Notes under the pieces: generated by a model
Seen by the model: the letters and a program-made list of their open reading frames with translations, nothing else
What the model was told of the DNA's origin: nothing
The model's database searches: none
Source of the DNA: Porphyridium purpureum
Lineage: Eukaryota
DNA: 64,000 nt
Direction: 5' to 3'
Assembly: GCA_008690995.1 (NCBI GenBank)
Contig: VRMN01000010.1
Location: 434,001-498,000, forward strand
In this document: positions 52,972-62,933 of the stretch, piece by piece
How the letters are laid out: each line of letters opens with the position of its first letter
Position numbering within the stretch: position 1 is the stretch's first letter
Program-made: the position numbers and the translations under genes

Positions 52972-54336
52972 ATGGCAGATCCCCGAAACTCTTTGTTCAG
53001 GAATGGAGCCGGTGACGCTTCGCAGAGTCAGCCCGCGATGGCACCGACTCAGGGAGTTCCAAGGCTTTTGCCGAACGATTTTGCCGCATGCCGGCGTCCG
53101 TCTTTTGTGACCAGCGCCCACGAAGCCCCGCCTTTAGCGCCTTTGCATGTGCAAAACAAGCTCGCGGAGATTTCTCGTTCTTGGCGTCTGAGCGCGGTTG
53201 ATGACGCGCTGGGCGGAGGGCTCCGCAGAAACAACGAAAATCATGGCGAATATCATTTAGGAGTTTCAAGCCTCTTCTGTGTGGACATATCTAAGAGCAA
53301 CAGTCTAGAGTATGTCTCAGGAAACCCGATGTCGATGAGTCTAGGGATTTCGACCCTCCGATCGGCTGAGAAGACTGTTCTAGGCAGCCAAAGCTCGCAT
53401 CCAGGGCTCAACTCTTTACCGCCTGTACACACGTTTTTGGAGTCGGTTGACGTCACGGAAGCAACATACGACCCACTGCAAATGCACTACGTACAGCAGC
53501 AGCAGCAACAGCAGCAGCAGACAAGTTCAAATCCTTTATTCCGCTTTCATCCGCCGGGGGTTCCTATGCTCACGTATCCTCTTCATCCATGCCAAGTGCA
53601 GTATGGTCGCAGTTCAGGATTGCTCCAAACTATGCGACTCTGGTGGCAAGCGCAACCACCACGCCCATTGTTTTCAATGACGGCAAGACACACGGGTACG
53701 TATGCATATGATTCCGCAGTGCCGCCCAAGAGCAGATCAAGTATCTCAGGCTTTATGGAGGCCCTCAAGACGTACGTCCCATCTCGTCCAGCCGTCCCCG
53801 CTGCAAAGAATGAAAGAATGAATCGTCCAGGTTTCCGAAAAGCTCAAGATGCAAAGGACACCTCAGCACAACGTGGTTTTATCGACGAAGATCAGGATTC
53901 ATCTCAAAATGCTTCACTTTTCGATATTGCGCTCGCGTTGCGGACCCGTAAGAGGACGTGGACGCGCGAAGAGGATCAGCTCCTCCTTCACGAGGTCGAG
54001 AGGTGCGGAAGAGGAAACTGGACGAAGGTGGCTTCAGAAGGCTTCAGCGGGCCGAAATACTTTCGTACTCCTTGTGAATTACGTGCACGATACCGAAAAC
54101 AGCTGCTGCCGTCGCGCTCGGCGCTATCCTGGACAGTCGCACAAGACACCGCTTTGCTTGCGCTGCACGAAAAGTACGGATCCAGATGGAAGCGCATCGC
54201 GCACTTCATGGGCATGCGTACTGAACGTGACTGTAAGGATCGGTTGCTCAAGCTTCTTCGGGACACCGAAGCTGGTGCGACCAGGTTCGAAGGACAACGA
54301 GAAGGCGGCAACGGTGGTGCTCCTGGCAAGTCATGA
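52972..54336 (+). CDS. MYB transcription factor, paralogue of 47941..49593
   Basis: LRTRK..W..EED.LL, FSGPKYFRT, PSRSAL.W and MG.RTE.DCK.R are shared with the upstream MYB. Confidence 0.87.
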   Translation: MADPRNSLFRNGAGDASQSQPAMAPTQGVPRLLPNDFAACRRPSFVTSAHEAPPLAPLHVQNKLAEISRSWRLSAVDDALGGGLRRNNENHGEYHLGVSSLFCVDISKSNSLEYVSGNPMSMSLGISTLRSAEKTVLGSQSSHPGLNSLPPVHTFLESVDVTEATYDPLQMHYVQQQQQQQQQTSSNPLFRFHPPGVPMLTYPLHPCQVQYGRSSGLLQTMRLWWQAQPPRPLFSMTARHTGTYAYDSAVPPKSRSSISGFMEALKTYVPSRPAVPAAKNERMNRPGFRKAQDAKDTSAQRGFIDEDQDSSQNASLFDIALALRTRKRTWTREEDQLLLHEVERCGRGNWTKVASEGFSGPKYFRTPCELRARYRKQLLPSRSALSWTVAQDTALLALHEKYGSRWKRIAHFMGMRTERDCKDRLLKLLRDTEAGATRFEGQREGGNGGAPGKS

Positions 54337-54384
54337 ACATTCTTATACGTGCCATGCGTGCTGCCTTTACAAACGCGAAGGACA

Positions 54385-55566
54385 TTAAACGTCCTGATTG
54401 TTATCTTCACTCTCCTCAAACGAGCGCGTCATGAGAGCTAGCTCGCGGCGGTAAACGCGGCAATATCTATCGGGAGTCACTTTGCCCTCGTTGCTTGTTT
54501 CAGATGACAGCTTCGCAAGCAGCTCAGTCTCATTCCCAAGAGCCCGTGTACGTACATATCCAAGAGCGAGAGTGCCGTTGCTTGACGTGATGATGCCCAC
54601 AGGCTTACTCCCTTCAAGCTCCGATTCGTCAATCGAGGCAGCCGCAAACAGCGGCGACCCAGGCGGAATGTCGACACTGCCTTCAAACTTGAGCCCAACC
54701 AAATGCTGCTTGACCCCGTTGTATGTGTTCAGTCGGGCAATGGTTTCCTGTCCACAATAGCAGCCCTTGGAAAACGACACAAACTGCCATAGTCCGGCTT
54801 CCAAAGGATTGTATGCCTCGGTGATCTCACGATCGGCGCGGGGAATGCCGTATTCCACGCAAAACAAATCGTACAAGGCTTCATGCCCAGTGCTTTCAAA
54901 GGCAGCATGCTCATCCTTTGTCGCCTTGACAACACATGCTAGAGGGACACGATTCCCAAACGGGAGAAAGTGAAGCGCTTCTGCATCTGTAGCGCAAGCT
55001 TGAGTCTGGTTCATCATGTACTGTGCCGCATACTCGCCAGACGCATCCCGGACGGATACGTCATCCATGGGAAAGATGAACTTATCGAAGGTTTCTACAA
55101 GACTCGCTGTGCGTGCAGCCGACGTCATCAACAAAAGGTGCTGCTTCGCATCGCCCTTATTCATCAATAAAATCGAAACGAGATCCACCATGCGCCCGGT
55201 GTTCGATGTGACCAGTGTCGTGCAAACAAACGACAAATGATCCGCAGTACTACGTTTTGTAGTGGCCGACTTGACTGCAGTCTGTAAGTCTGAGGTGCAT
55301 CGCGAATGGAGAAACCGCACCGCATCGCCGCCACTCAGTTCCACAAACCCGACGTTGTTGGCTGCGATGACAAACGTCTCACGAGCAGTACCAACGCACA
55401 TCATCGTCCCCAAACCCAAAGTCGACGGTCTTGCACGACGCAGAGAACGTGCGCTGATCCAGCCGGCGGCGCTTACGCCAGCACCAGGCCGTAAATCACA
55501 AGGCCGTGACCGATGCCATGAACTCCGCAGTGTCGCGGGTGTCGAGCACAGAACAAAGGCGCTCAT
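54385..55566 (-). CDS. YgfZ/GcvT-like folate-binding protein, probably plastid-targeted
   Basis: NPLEAGLW..VSFSKGCYCGQETIARL signature; MSAFV transit-peptide start. Confidence 0.88.
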   Translation of the reverse strand: MSAFVLCSTPATLRSSWHRSRPCDLRPGAGVSAAGWISARSLRRARPSTLGLGTMMCVGTARETFVIAANNVGFVELSGGDAVRFLHSRCTSDLQTAVKSATTKRSTADHLSFVCTTLVTSNTGRMVDLVSILLMNKGDAKQHLLLMTSAARTASLVETFDKFIFPMDDVSVRDASGEYAAQYMMNQTQACATDAEALHFLPFGNRVPLACVVKATKDEHAAFESTGHEALYDLFCVEYGIPRADREITEAYNPLEAGLWQFVSFSKGCYCGQETIARLNTYNGVKQHLVGLKFEGSVDIPPGSPLFAAASIDESELEGSKPVGIITSSNGTLALGYVRTRALGNETELLAKLSSETSNEGKVTPDRYCRVYRRELALMTRSFEESEDNNQDV

Positions 55567-55700
55567 GGTTCCACGTCGCCCGCCGTCTGGTCGAACCATC
55601 GCTGTTTCCGCCACAAACTTCTTTCCGCTGTTGTGCCTCCTCTTCCCCGGCAGGTTAGTCTGGTGTGAAATGGTGTCGGATCAGTCAAGTGCAAAGGACG

Positions 55701-57086
55701 ATGGAGAGCGACGTTGTGGAAGAGCTGGACGATACGCGCGCAGAATTCCTTACCCGTGCGAGTCGCGCACTGCACACTGTCTTTGACCATGGCCTTGATG
55801 ACACGGGCCCTGGCGAGCTGGGCGGCTTTGTGAAGGCAAACCACGGTACGGAGAAGGAGCAGCTCGATACGGAGCGGCGTCTTTTCGAGGTCGATTTCGA
55901 TCGCTGGGTCCTTCGCACGTCTGATCAAGGCCAGCAGCTGCGAGCGGAAGATGCGGACATTTTGGATGTGCACTACGGATCTCAGTACCGAGCGCCACTC
56001 GACATGAAGCGACACGTCGAATTCCTGACGCGTGCGGCGTACGGGACTCTGTCGGCTGATTATGTGGCTCTCGATGCGTCTCAGCCGTGGCTTTGCTACT
56101 GGATACTGCATGCTTTAAACCTCCTAGGTCAACTGGATGAAACAGAGAATGAAAGCGACAAGATCAAGAAGGCTAAACGCGCGTTTGTGGCGCGGCTCAC
56201 TCAATGCAGGGCACTCGGCGGACGCGGCTTTGGCGGTGGTCCTGGGCAGATGCCGCACGTCGCGCCGACATTCGCTGCGCTGTGTGCGCTTGTGACGATC
56301 GGTGACGAGCAAGCGTTGGGTATTATCGACCGGCGTGCCATTTACACGTGGCTTGTGACGCTCAAGAATACGCAAACGGGTGCGTTTCGCGTATGCGCTT
56401 ATGGCGAGGAGGATGTGCGTGCCACGTACTGCGCGCTTGCTGTGGCCAGGCTTCTGAACATACTCGACGACGCGCTGGCAAAGGGCTGCGAGGATTTTAT
56501 CTCATCGCTGGTCAGCTTTGATGGCGGGATGGGCGGCGAGCCAGGGAATGAGGCTCACGGCGGGTACACTTATTGCGCGCTCGCTGCGCGCTGTTTGCTA
56601 GGATCCAGTCTTCCTAGTGGTTCTGATACGGAGTCGTCGCAATTCATGCGGTTGGCGCATTGGACGGCCTCGCGCCACGCGGAAATGGAGGGCGGATTTT
56701 CCGGCCGGACTAACAAGCTCGTCGATAGCTGCTACGCGTTTTGGCTGGGCGCATGCTGCCCTATCTTGGGCGTGCCCTTTTGTGGAGATAGTTTGGAGCG
56801 ATATGTACTGAACTATGGTCAGGATGAGACTGGCGGGCTAAGGGACAAGCCTTTCATGTACCCTGACTTTTACCACACATGCTACGCCCTGAGCGGGCTA
56901 TCCATTGCTCAGCACTATGGGTATCATCGTGCAAGACACGCAGATTCGCAAGCTCACGTCGCGCAGCTTAAGAAAACCCATCCAGTGATCAACGTGAGCA
57001 TTGACAAGCTAGAGGCGGCGTGGCTCTACTTCCATGGGCGTCCGTTGACGCCGTCAGATTTCGGTGGGCGGTATTTTACACTGTGA
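55701..57086 (+). CDS. FNTB: Protein farnesyltransferase beta subunit
   Basis: LDASQPWLCYWILH, GFGGGPGQMPH, EAHGGYTYC, GRTNKLVD.CY.FW and GGLRDKP..DFYHTCY. Confidence 0.95.
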   Translation: MESDVVEELDDTRAEFLTRASRALHTVFDHGLDDTGPGELGGFVKANHGTEKEQLDTERRLFEVDFDRWVLRTSDQGQQLRAEDADILDVHYGSQYRAPLDMKRHVEFLTRAAYGTLSADYVALDASQPWLCYWILHALNLLGQLDETENESDKIKKAKRAFVARLTQCRALGGRGFGGGPGQMPHVAPTFAALCALVTIGDEQALGIIDRRAIYTWLVTLKNTQTGAFRVCAYGEEDVRATYCALAVARLLNILDDALAKGCEDFISSLVSFDGGMGGEPGNEAHGGYTYCALAARCLLGSSLPSGSDTESSQFMRLAHWTASRHAEMEGGFSGRTNKLVDSCYAFWLGACCPILGVPFCGDSLERYVLNYGQDETGGLRDKPFMYPDFYHTCYALSGLSIAQHYGYHRARHADSQAHVAQLKKTHPVINVSIDKLEAAWLYFHGRPLTPSDFGGRYFTL

Positions 57087-57334
57087 TTGTCGAATGCAGC
57101 CTTGCGACTACAAGGCCGGCAGTAAGGATGTTCCACTGCATCTCATTGCCCGGGCAAAACGCGGACTTTCTGATTCTATACACGATTTCATTTTTTCCTG
57201 AGGATATTTACTTTGTCATTCGGCGTCAGCGAGCATCTGCCCTAATGAAAGGCAACCGCGCACTGCGCACGAGCAGGCGTTGGCGTCATACGGTGTGCAA
57301 ACGCAGATAGGGTACGCGTCGGCAGATGGCCACA

Positions 57335-58843
57335 CTATAGCTCTTCGACGTATGTTTTGTGGTTTTCCAAGTAGTTGGCCTCCTGCTTCGTCTTCTTCTC
57401 CTGCCGCTTGAGAAATTGGCCGCGATTCTCAACGATCCGGTCCAGGATGCGAAGGACGCTAAGATCGCTTTTGCTTTGGATCTCTCTGTAGATGCCTAGT
57501 GATTTAGGTAGGGCATACGGATCGAGCGGAGGGCGGTCCTGCGCATCTGCACTTTCGTCAAAGTAAGTGCCGTGCACAACGTACGAAATGTTCATGGTCT
57601 TGAGCATATCTTCAGTGATCTGCCACGGAGCGCCGATGATCACTTCGTCCACGTATCGGCACGAGAGCACCGACAATGTGCGCTCGTGCAGATTCATGAT
57701 CGGGAAATTGCGGCCGCGGTGCTTGTTGACAGTTGCGTCGTCATGGATGCCAACGAGCAAAAAGTCGCCCAGTTGCTTAGCAGCTTTCAGCGTTTCAATA
57801 TGACCGCAATGAAACATATCGAACGCGCCGTCGACGTACACAACGACATCGGCCCTTTGCGGGGCGCGCGCCCCTGCCGCAAATTGCAGCAGGCGGCGAG
57901 TGGTGGGTAAGAAAGTTGACACGCGCGTCACTAGCTGACCAGCAGAGTTGCCTTCTGCTAGTGAGAGCACGGTTTCGCCTTTCAGAGAGCTGTGCAAGTG
58001 CTGTTGCGTTCCTTGCTGGACCTGGTCGCTGACGCTGTCACCATTCGTGTTCTGCGCGTTCTGTGCAAGACTTCCATCCAGGTGGTGATCACGCGTGCTC
58101 AGCAGCATGCGCCCGACAATATCTGTGGATGATACTCCTTCCGTGCGTTTGATGGTTCGAAATCTCCCGGCCTTTTTCACCTCGGCGTAAGCGTCGGTGC
58201 CGTCCTTTCCAAAACAAGGATCATCGCCATGCACAATAAAGTCGATACAGTATTCATTCAGCAGGCGATCCAGGAACTCGCCCGTGACATCGTACGGTAC
58301 ATCCTCAATAATTTCGTCCACCCATTTCACCGACTCGACGGCGCTACGCCGTTCCACATTGTTCATCACCGGCGGCCCCTTGGCCAGCACGATTTCATGA
58401 TCCGGGACAATTCCAACGACGAGCTCGTCGCCCAACATTCGCGCTTGCCGCAGCGCATTAGCATGGCCAAAGTGCATCATATCAAAGCAGCCATCCATGT
58501 ACACGCGCACTTTCTTCTTCGGCGGCAGCCCTGTGTCCGCATCTCCCGCCGCGTGCAGCGCACGTTGTATTTGCGCCGCGTTTGCCGCACTTGAAGAGAC
58601 AGCATCTCCACCCGCAGCAGACACCATCAAGTCATCTCCAGCCCCCGCACCGACATCCACAGCTCCAGCACCGCGACTTTGCTGCTGCTGCTGCTGCAAC
58701 AACAGGCGCTGCGCCTTCTCCTGCCGATCGAAGCGCGCGCGGAAATACGCCTTGACAAACGCATACAGCACGCGCGCCGAAATCAGCACGTCGAACACGT
58801 AGTACAGTCGCGCGGCGCCATACCCCTCACTCCCGCTCTCCAT
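57335..58843 (-). CDS. PECT1: Ethanolamine-phosphate cytidylyltransferase
   Basis: Two CT domains: VYMDGCFDMMHFGHANALRQA, RTEGVSSTDIVGRML and VDGAFDMFHCGH. Confidence 0.95.
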   Translation of the reverse strand: MESGSEGYGAARLYYVFDVLISARVLYAFVKAYFRARFDRQEKAQRLLLQQQQQQSRGAGAVDVGAGAGDDLMVSAAGGDAVSSSAANAAQIQRALHAAGDADTGLPPKKKVRVYMDGCFDMMHFGHANALRQARMLGDELVVGIVPDHEIVLAKGPPVMNNVERRSAVESVKWVDEIIEDVPYDVTGEFLDRLLNEYCIDFIVHGDDPCFGKDGTDAYAEVKKAGRFRTIKRTEGVSSTDIVGRMLLSTRDHHLDGSLAQNAQNTNGDSVSDQVQQGTQQHLHSSLKGETVLSLAEGNSAGQLVTRVSTFLPTTRRLLQFAAGARAPQRADVVVYVDGAFDMFHCGHIETLKAAKQLGDFLLVGIHDDATVNKHRGRNFPIMNLHERTLSVLSCRYVDEVIIGAPWQITEDMLKTMNISYVVHGTYFDESADAQDRPPLDPYALPKSLGIYREIQSKSDLSVLRILDRIVENRGQFLKRQEKKTKQEANYLENHKTYVEEL

Positions 58844-60594
58844 CCCAATCCACAACAGCAAACAACCACACGTCCGTGTCCTTGTCTTCTTCTCCTCTTC
58901 TCAACCCGCTCGCCTGCACCGCACGCACTCGCGCTCGCGTTTTTTCGCTTCCTCACTTTCTCGCATCACATGGCCATCCCGAATTACACAGGCATTCCCA
59001 CTTCCCCTGTACACTTCAACCGTACACTACTACAAAGATCCTTTTTAGTGGATATATTCAACATCATGACAGTGGAATGTCCAAGACATTGTAATGTCAT
59101 CTTTCTTTCAAAGCACGTGTGCGCGCAGCGGGGGAGAGCAGCTGAGCCGCGCAGTGGTGCAGCGTTCGCGCAGCGCCCGGTCGTGTTGAGAGGATGGCTG
59201 GTGCATGGCACGCAGGCGTGATTCCGCTGTCGGGCTGCCGTCATGCGCTGGAATGCTGGCTTTCTCTGACCTCAAGTTTCGACCACTTGCGCACGCTTTA
59301 GCAGTGGCGGCAAGGTTGGGTTTAAATTGGCACAGCAACAACCGCCGCCAAGTGTGGTACGAAGTAGCTAGCTTTCTGTAAGCATGGTCGAAAGGACGGC
59401 ATTGTATGTCCTTGGTCCCAGATGGTACGACAGCGCTGTTATTTGTAAGCCACTCAGACACATCCAGTACAGAAGGTCTTGAGAAATTCCGCGCAAGTTG
59501 CATTTTGCGACGCTCACGACAAAGTCTCGAGAGCAGCGTCTTCGGAATGCACCAGAGTTGGTGTGCAGTTTTTTGGCCACAGATTGAGTGGCTCTTGCTG
59601 TATTTGCTGTAAATGCCGTGAGCATTCCCGACCTTGCCGGGTATGTGCTCGTCCTTCGTTTCGCAGCTACCGAAGCCCCGCAATTGGCGCACGGCTGTAA
59701 AATGAGATCCATGCAAGCCAGCTTTGCCAAGATACCTACAGAGCTTGAGGGCAAAGAAAGTCCAGATTGGAGGAATAAGACTGTTTTGAGTCTAAATTCT
59801 GCGGGTTGGCTGCCGAAACCATTAGTGATTTCCGCGTTTCCCTCATCAAGACATTGCCCAGGACTCGAGAATCAATGAATTGTACGGCCATTGATGTCAA
59901 AAACTGCCAGCCGCGAGGCCACGCAGTTGGGATGTGCTCCATCCAAACACCGCAGAGGTGCGAAATCATGCCACATGCACGTCTGATGCCACATCGTTTC
60001 CACACCACAGCGCAGGAGCAAATATGTATTAGACCCCGTTCGGACAGTATGCTGTCGACTTCATCATCTTGTTGGGATCGCGGTTGGATGAAGCGAGCCG
60101 ATAAGGCATCATCAGCCAGGAGCAAGCCCGTGCGTGGAGAGCCGACACCATGATTCCAGAACGCGGGGCGCCGGACCGCCGGAAGTGCGCGCGTGTGCGT
60201 GCGTGATCACTGGAAGGTCGGACTGCTGCTTCTGTCGTGCTCGGGATAACAGGTCACCGAGTGTTTCATGGTTATACGAGCTGTTGTTTCCCAGGCTCCG
60301 ACCTCTTAGGCATCGGTCAGTAGACCGTACGAGCATATAAAAACGAGCTCGTTTAGGTATGAAAAAGGTAGTCACCCGCGTCACCATGGCGAGGCAGTTC
60401 GGGCATTACTTGGCACGTGGCGTTTGTATGAAAGAATGTCTACTTATATAGGACGCTGCGTTCTCGCATGACAATGTCATCTGGAAAAACCGGCAGGACT
60501 GGAGGACGTGGAGGTACAGCGCGTACAGTTGATCTGGAAGTACAGTTGGCGCCCGGAGTGTGCGTGGAAGGCGCGGCATGAGGAGGGCCGTCAG

Positions 60595-61491
60595 TCAGTC
60601 TCGGTCGGGGTGATAGACCTTGACCTGGTCGGAACTGGATGGTGGCGATGATGCTGGTGATGGCGATGGTGGCGTGAGGTCGGCAGTGTCCTTCCGACGG
60701 TCGTGCGTGGACCGTCCGGAATGTCCTTTGCTGGACTCGTCGGAAGTCTCTGACAAAAAGCTCAAATTCAGACGCACGCCCTGGATTTCAGTCGTCATTG
60801 CGGCGTTCGCTGCTGGCGCCGGGCCCTTCGGAATGCGGTCGTACGCGTGTCTCATTATGTAGTTACGAAACATTTCAGGTACGCGGTACACCGGGAATTG
60901 CGAGCCGAGAAGCAGAACAGAGTCTTCCAGTGTGCGCCAGTCTTCCAGTGGCGTTCCGGCCTGTTCGCAAAAGATGAGCGCTTGTGTCGTCGTTTCAAAC
61001 ACTTGCGTCTGGATCGTCGGGACCTCCACGCGCAACAGCACGTCCTCAAAAACCCGCTCGGACATGGCAATGCCACGCGCCTCTTGAAACCCGTGCCGAA
61101 ACGCGTAGGTGTATGCTGGCTTGATTCCTTGCACTCGCCGCGTCGTGCTCATATTTGGATTCCGATCCGAGGTCCTCCAGAAGTATGCCAGCGAGCTTTT
61201 CAGGGACCTCTTCAGCTCTCCGTCGTGATTGAATGTCGCCATCAGAACATTGTACTCATCCTGCCTCAGCACGACGCCTCGAAATCCTTTCACGCCCGCC
61301 CGGATTTCGTAGCACGGTCGTTCCTTCAGCAGCGCAATCTTCTGCTCGCGCGACTTGCCGTTCTGCGAACCATCCCTCCAGATCGTTCCGTAATCGTCAT
61401 TCATCCTCCACACAGCCCTTCGAAGCGCCGCACAGCTGCCGTGAATCCGCCGCCGAGAGAACCGATGGACGTGGCCCCCTGTCGACAGCAT
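60595..61491 (-). CDS. Uncharacterised protein, tandem paralogue A (RNase H1 HBD/Cauli_VI-like repeats)
   Basis: Shares CYEIR.G..GFRG, TYAFR.G..ARG, QVF..TTQAL.FC, WRTL and terminal YHPDRD with its neighbours. Confidence 0.8.
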   Translation of the reverse strand: MLSTGGHVHRFSRRRIHGSCAALRRAVWRMNDDYGTIWRDGSQNGKSREQKIALLKERPCYEIRAGVKGFRGVVLRQDEYNVLMATFNHDGELKRSLKSSLAYFWRTSDRNPNMSTTRRVQGIKPAYTYAFRHGFQEARGIAMSERVFEDVLLRVEVPTIQTQVFETTTQALIFCEQAGTPLEDWRTLEDSVLLLGSQFPVYRVPEMFRNYIMRHAYDRIPKGPAPAANAAMTTEIQGVRLNLSFLSETSDESSKGHSGRSTHDRRKDTADLTPPSPSPASSPPSSSDQVKVYHPDRD

Positions 61492-61902
61492 CCCGATCCT
61501 TCACGTTGACGCCCGTCTGTTCGCCACAGCCAACACGCGCCCGCGGCTTCCACGGTCAAACCGCCGAGGCCGTACTCCGTATACCTAAAACTTTTGCGGC
61601 TTGCAGGGGAGCGTGCAAAGTGCCGTTCCTGACGCCTCTGCGTAACATTCCCATGCCAACATGCGACTGTCTTTGTCGCGTCGCTATCTACCGGTCGTCA
61701 ATATCCAAACGAAGCAACGTTCTCCAGGCCTCGTGTGTGTGTGGAGGCCAATACGAAAGCACGCATTCCGAGAAAAGAAGGATTGCGTTCTACTGCGCGA
61801 TGGCATTGCATCAGCGCGCGTACGAGTGCGACCGCTGACAGCGAGACGCGTGACGAGTCACACTTCATTTGTGCAACCTTAATTTTCGGAAAGCGGCTCG
61901 GT

Positions 61903-62778
61903 TTAGTCGTGATCTGGATGATACATTTTTTCGCTAGCTTCGTCTTCGTCACTCAGTTCAGTATCCGACGACTCCGAAATCTCGTCCAAGGCGGGCTGCG
62001 TTTCTTCTTCGAACAGTATGCTGAGGTCGTTCGGATCCTCGATCGGATCTTTTTTCGGAACAAATGGCTCCACCTTTGGCTCCTCCTCGTACAGCCGCAT
62101 TAGGTAATGGTCAAACATCATGTGTGGCCGCAAGAGTGGCCTACTGTGGAGCCACAATAAAGATCCGACCAAAGTGCGCCAATCGTCCGCACGCGTGCCG
62201 GCTAGCTGGCAAAAGACCAACGCCTGTGTGGTATTATTGAAAACCTGTGTTTCGAGATCTGGTGCATCGACTTTCTTTCTTGTCAGTTCCTGCATTACAT
62301 GCCTTGACATGAGCAAGCCGCGCGCTCCATTCAAGCCATTACGAAACGCGTACGTGGTCGGATACACTGCAAGCTCATTCCCAAGCTTTATCATTCGGTC
62401 GAGTTCCTTCTTGCGCTTGCTGTACGGCGGCCCTGGATCCCTGCTCTCAAATTGATCCACTTTTTCACGAAAGCCTCGATCTCGTTCAAAGTACCGCAGT
62501 GATTGGATCAGATGCTTCCTCCGAATTCCCTCTGGCTGTCGATTTGCCCACTTTTTCGAAACCTTGGTTGCTTCAAAAGAGTCCTTCCAAACATCCGCAT
62601 ACGCACCTCCACTCATCAGCTCCGAGTACTCCTTTCCATCGAACACAACGCCGCGGAATCCTTGCCGGCCGCGCCGAATCTCGAAGCAAGCCTTCTGTTC
62701 TAGCTTGATCCTCGCAACGGACGCGGCGTCGCGACCAATCATAAACGTCTTCGCCGCGCTCCACTGACTCGGGCGCAT
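61903..62778 (-). CDS. Uncharacterised protein, tandem paralogue B
   Basis: Same conserved blocks; ends KMYHPDHD; first in-frame ATG at 62778. Confidence 0.8.
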   Translation of the reverse strand: MRPSQWSAAKTFMIGRDAASVARIKLEQKACFEIRRGRQGFRGVVFDGKEYSELMSGGAYADVWKDSFEATKVSKKWANRQPEGIRRKHLIQSLRYFERDRGFREKVDQFESRDPGPPYSKRKKELDRMIKLGNELAVYPTTYAFRNGLNGARGLLMSRHVMQELTRKKVDAPDLETQVFNNTTQALVFCQLAGTRADDWRTLVGSLLWLHSRPLLRPHMMFDHYLMRLYEEEPKVEPFVPKKDPIEDPNDLSILFEEETQPALDEISESSDTELSDEDEASEKMYHPDHD

Positions 62779-62933
62779 CGTTTTGGACTCGAGCGGTGGA
62801 GCAGTGTTGGCCGCGCGCTGCAGGGCACCGCGCACAAGCGCTCCCTCCGCAGTCCGACCGCGTCGAAGCCTTCGACCGGCGCCGCGGACACAACACCCTC
62901 CTAAATCTCTTTTATTGCCGGCCGCGACAGGCG

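Noticed and set aside
52400..53110. 236-aa ORF upstream of and overlapping the second MYB
   Set aside because: GTG start, out-of-frame overlap with the MYB and no recognisable domain
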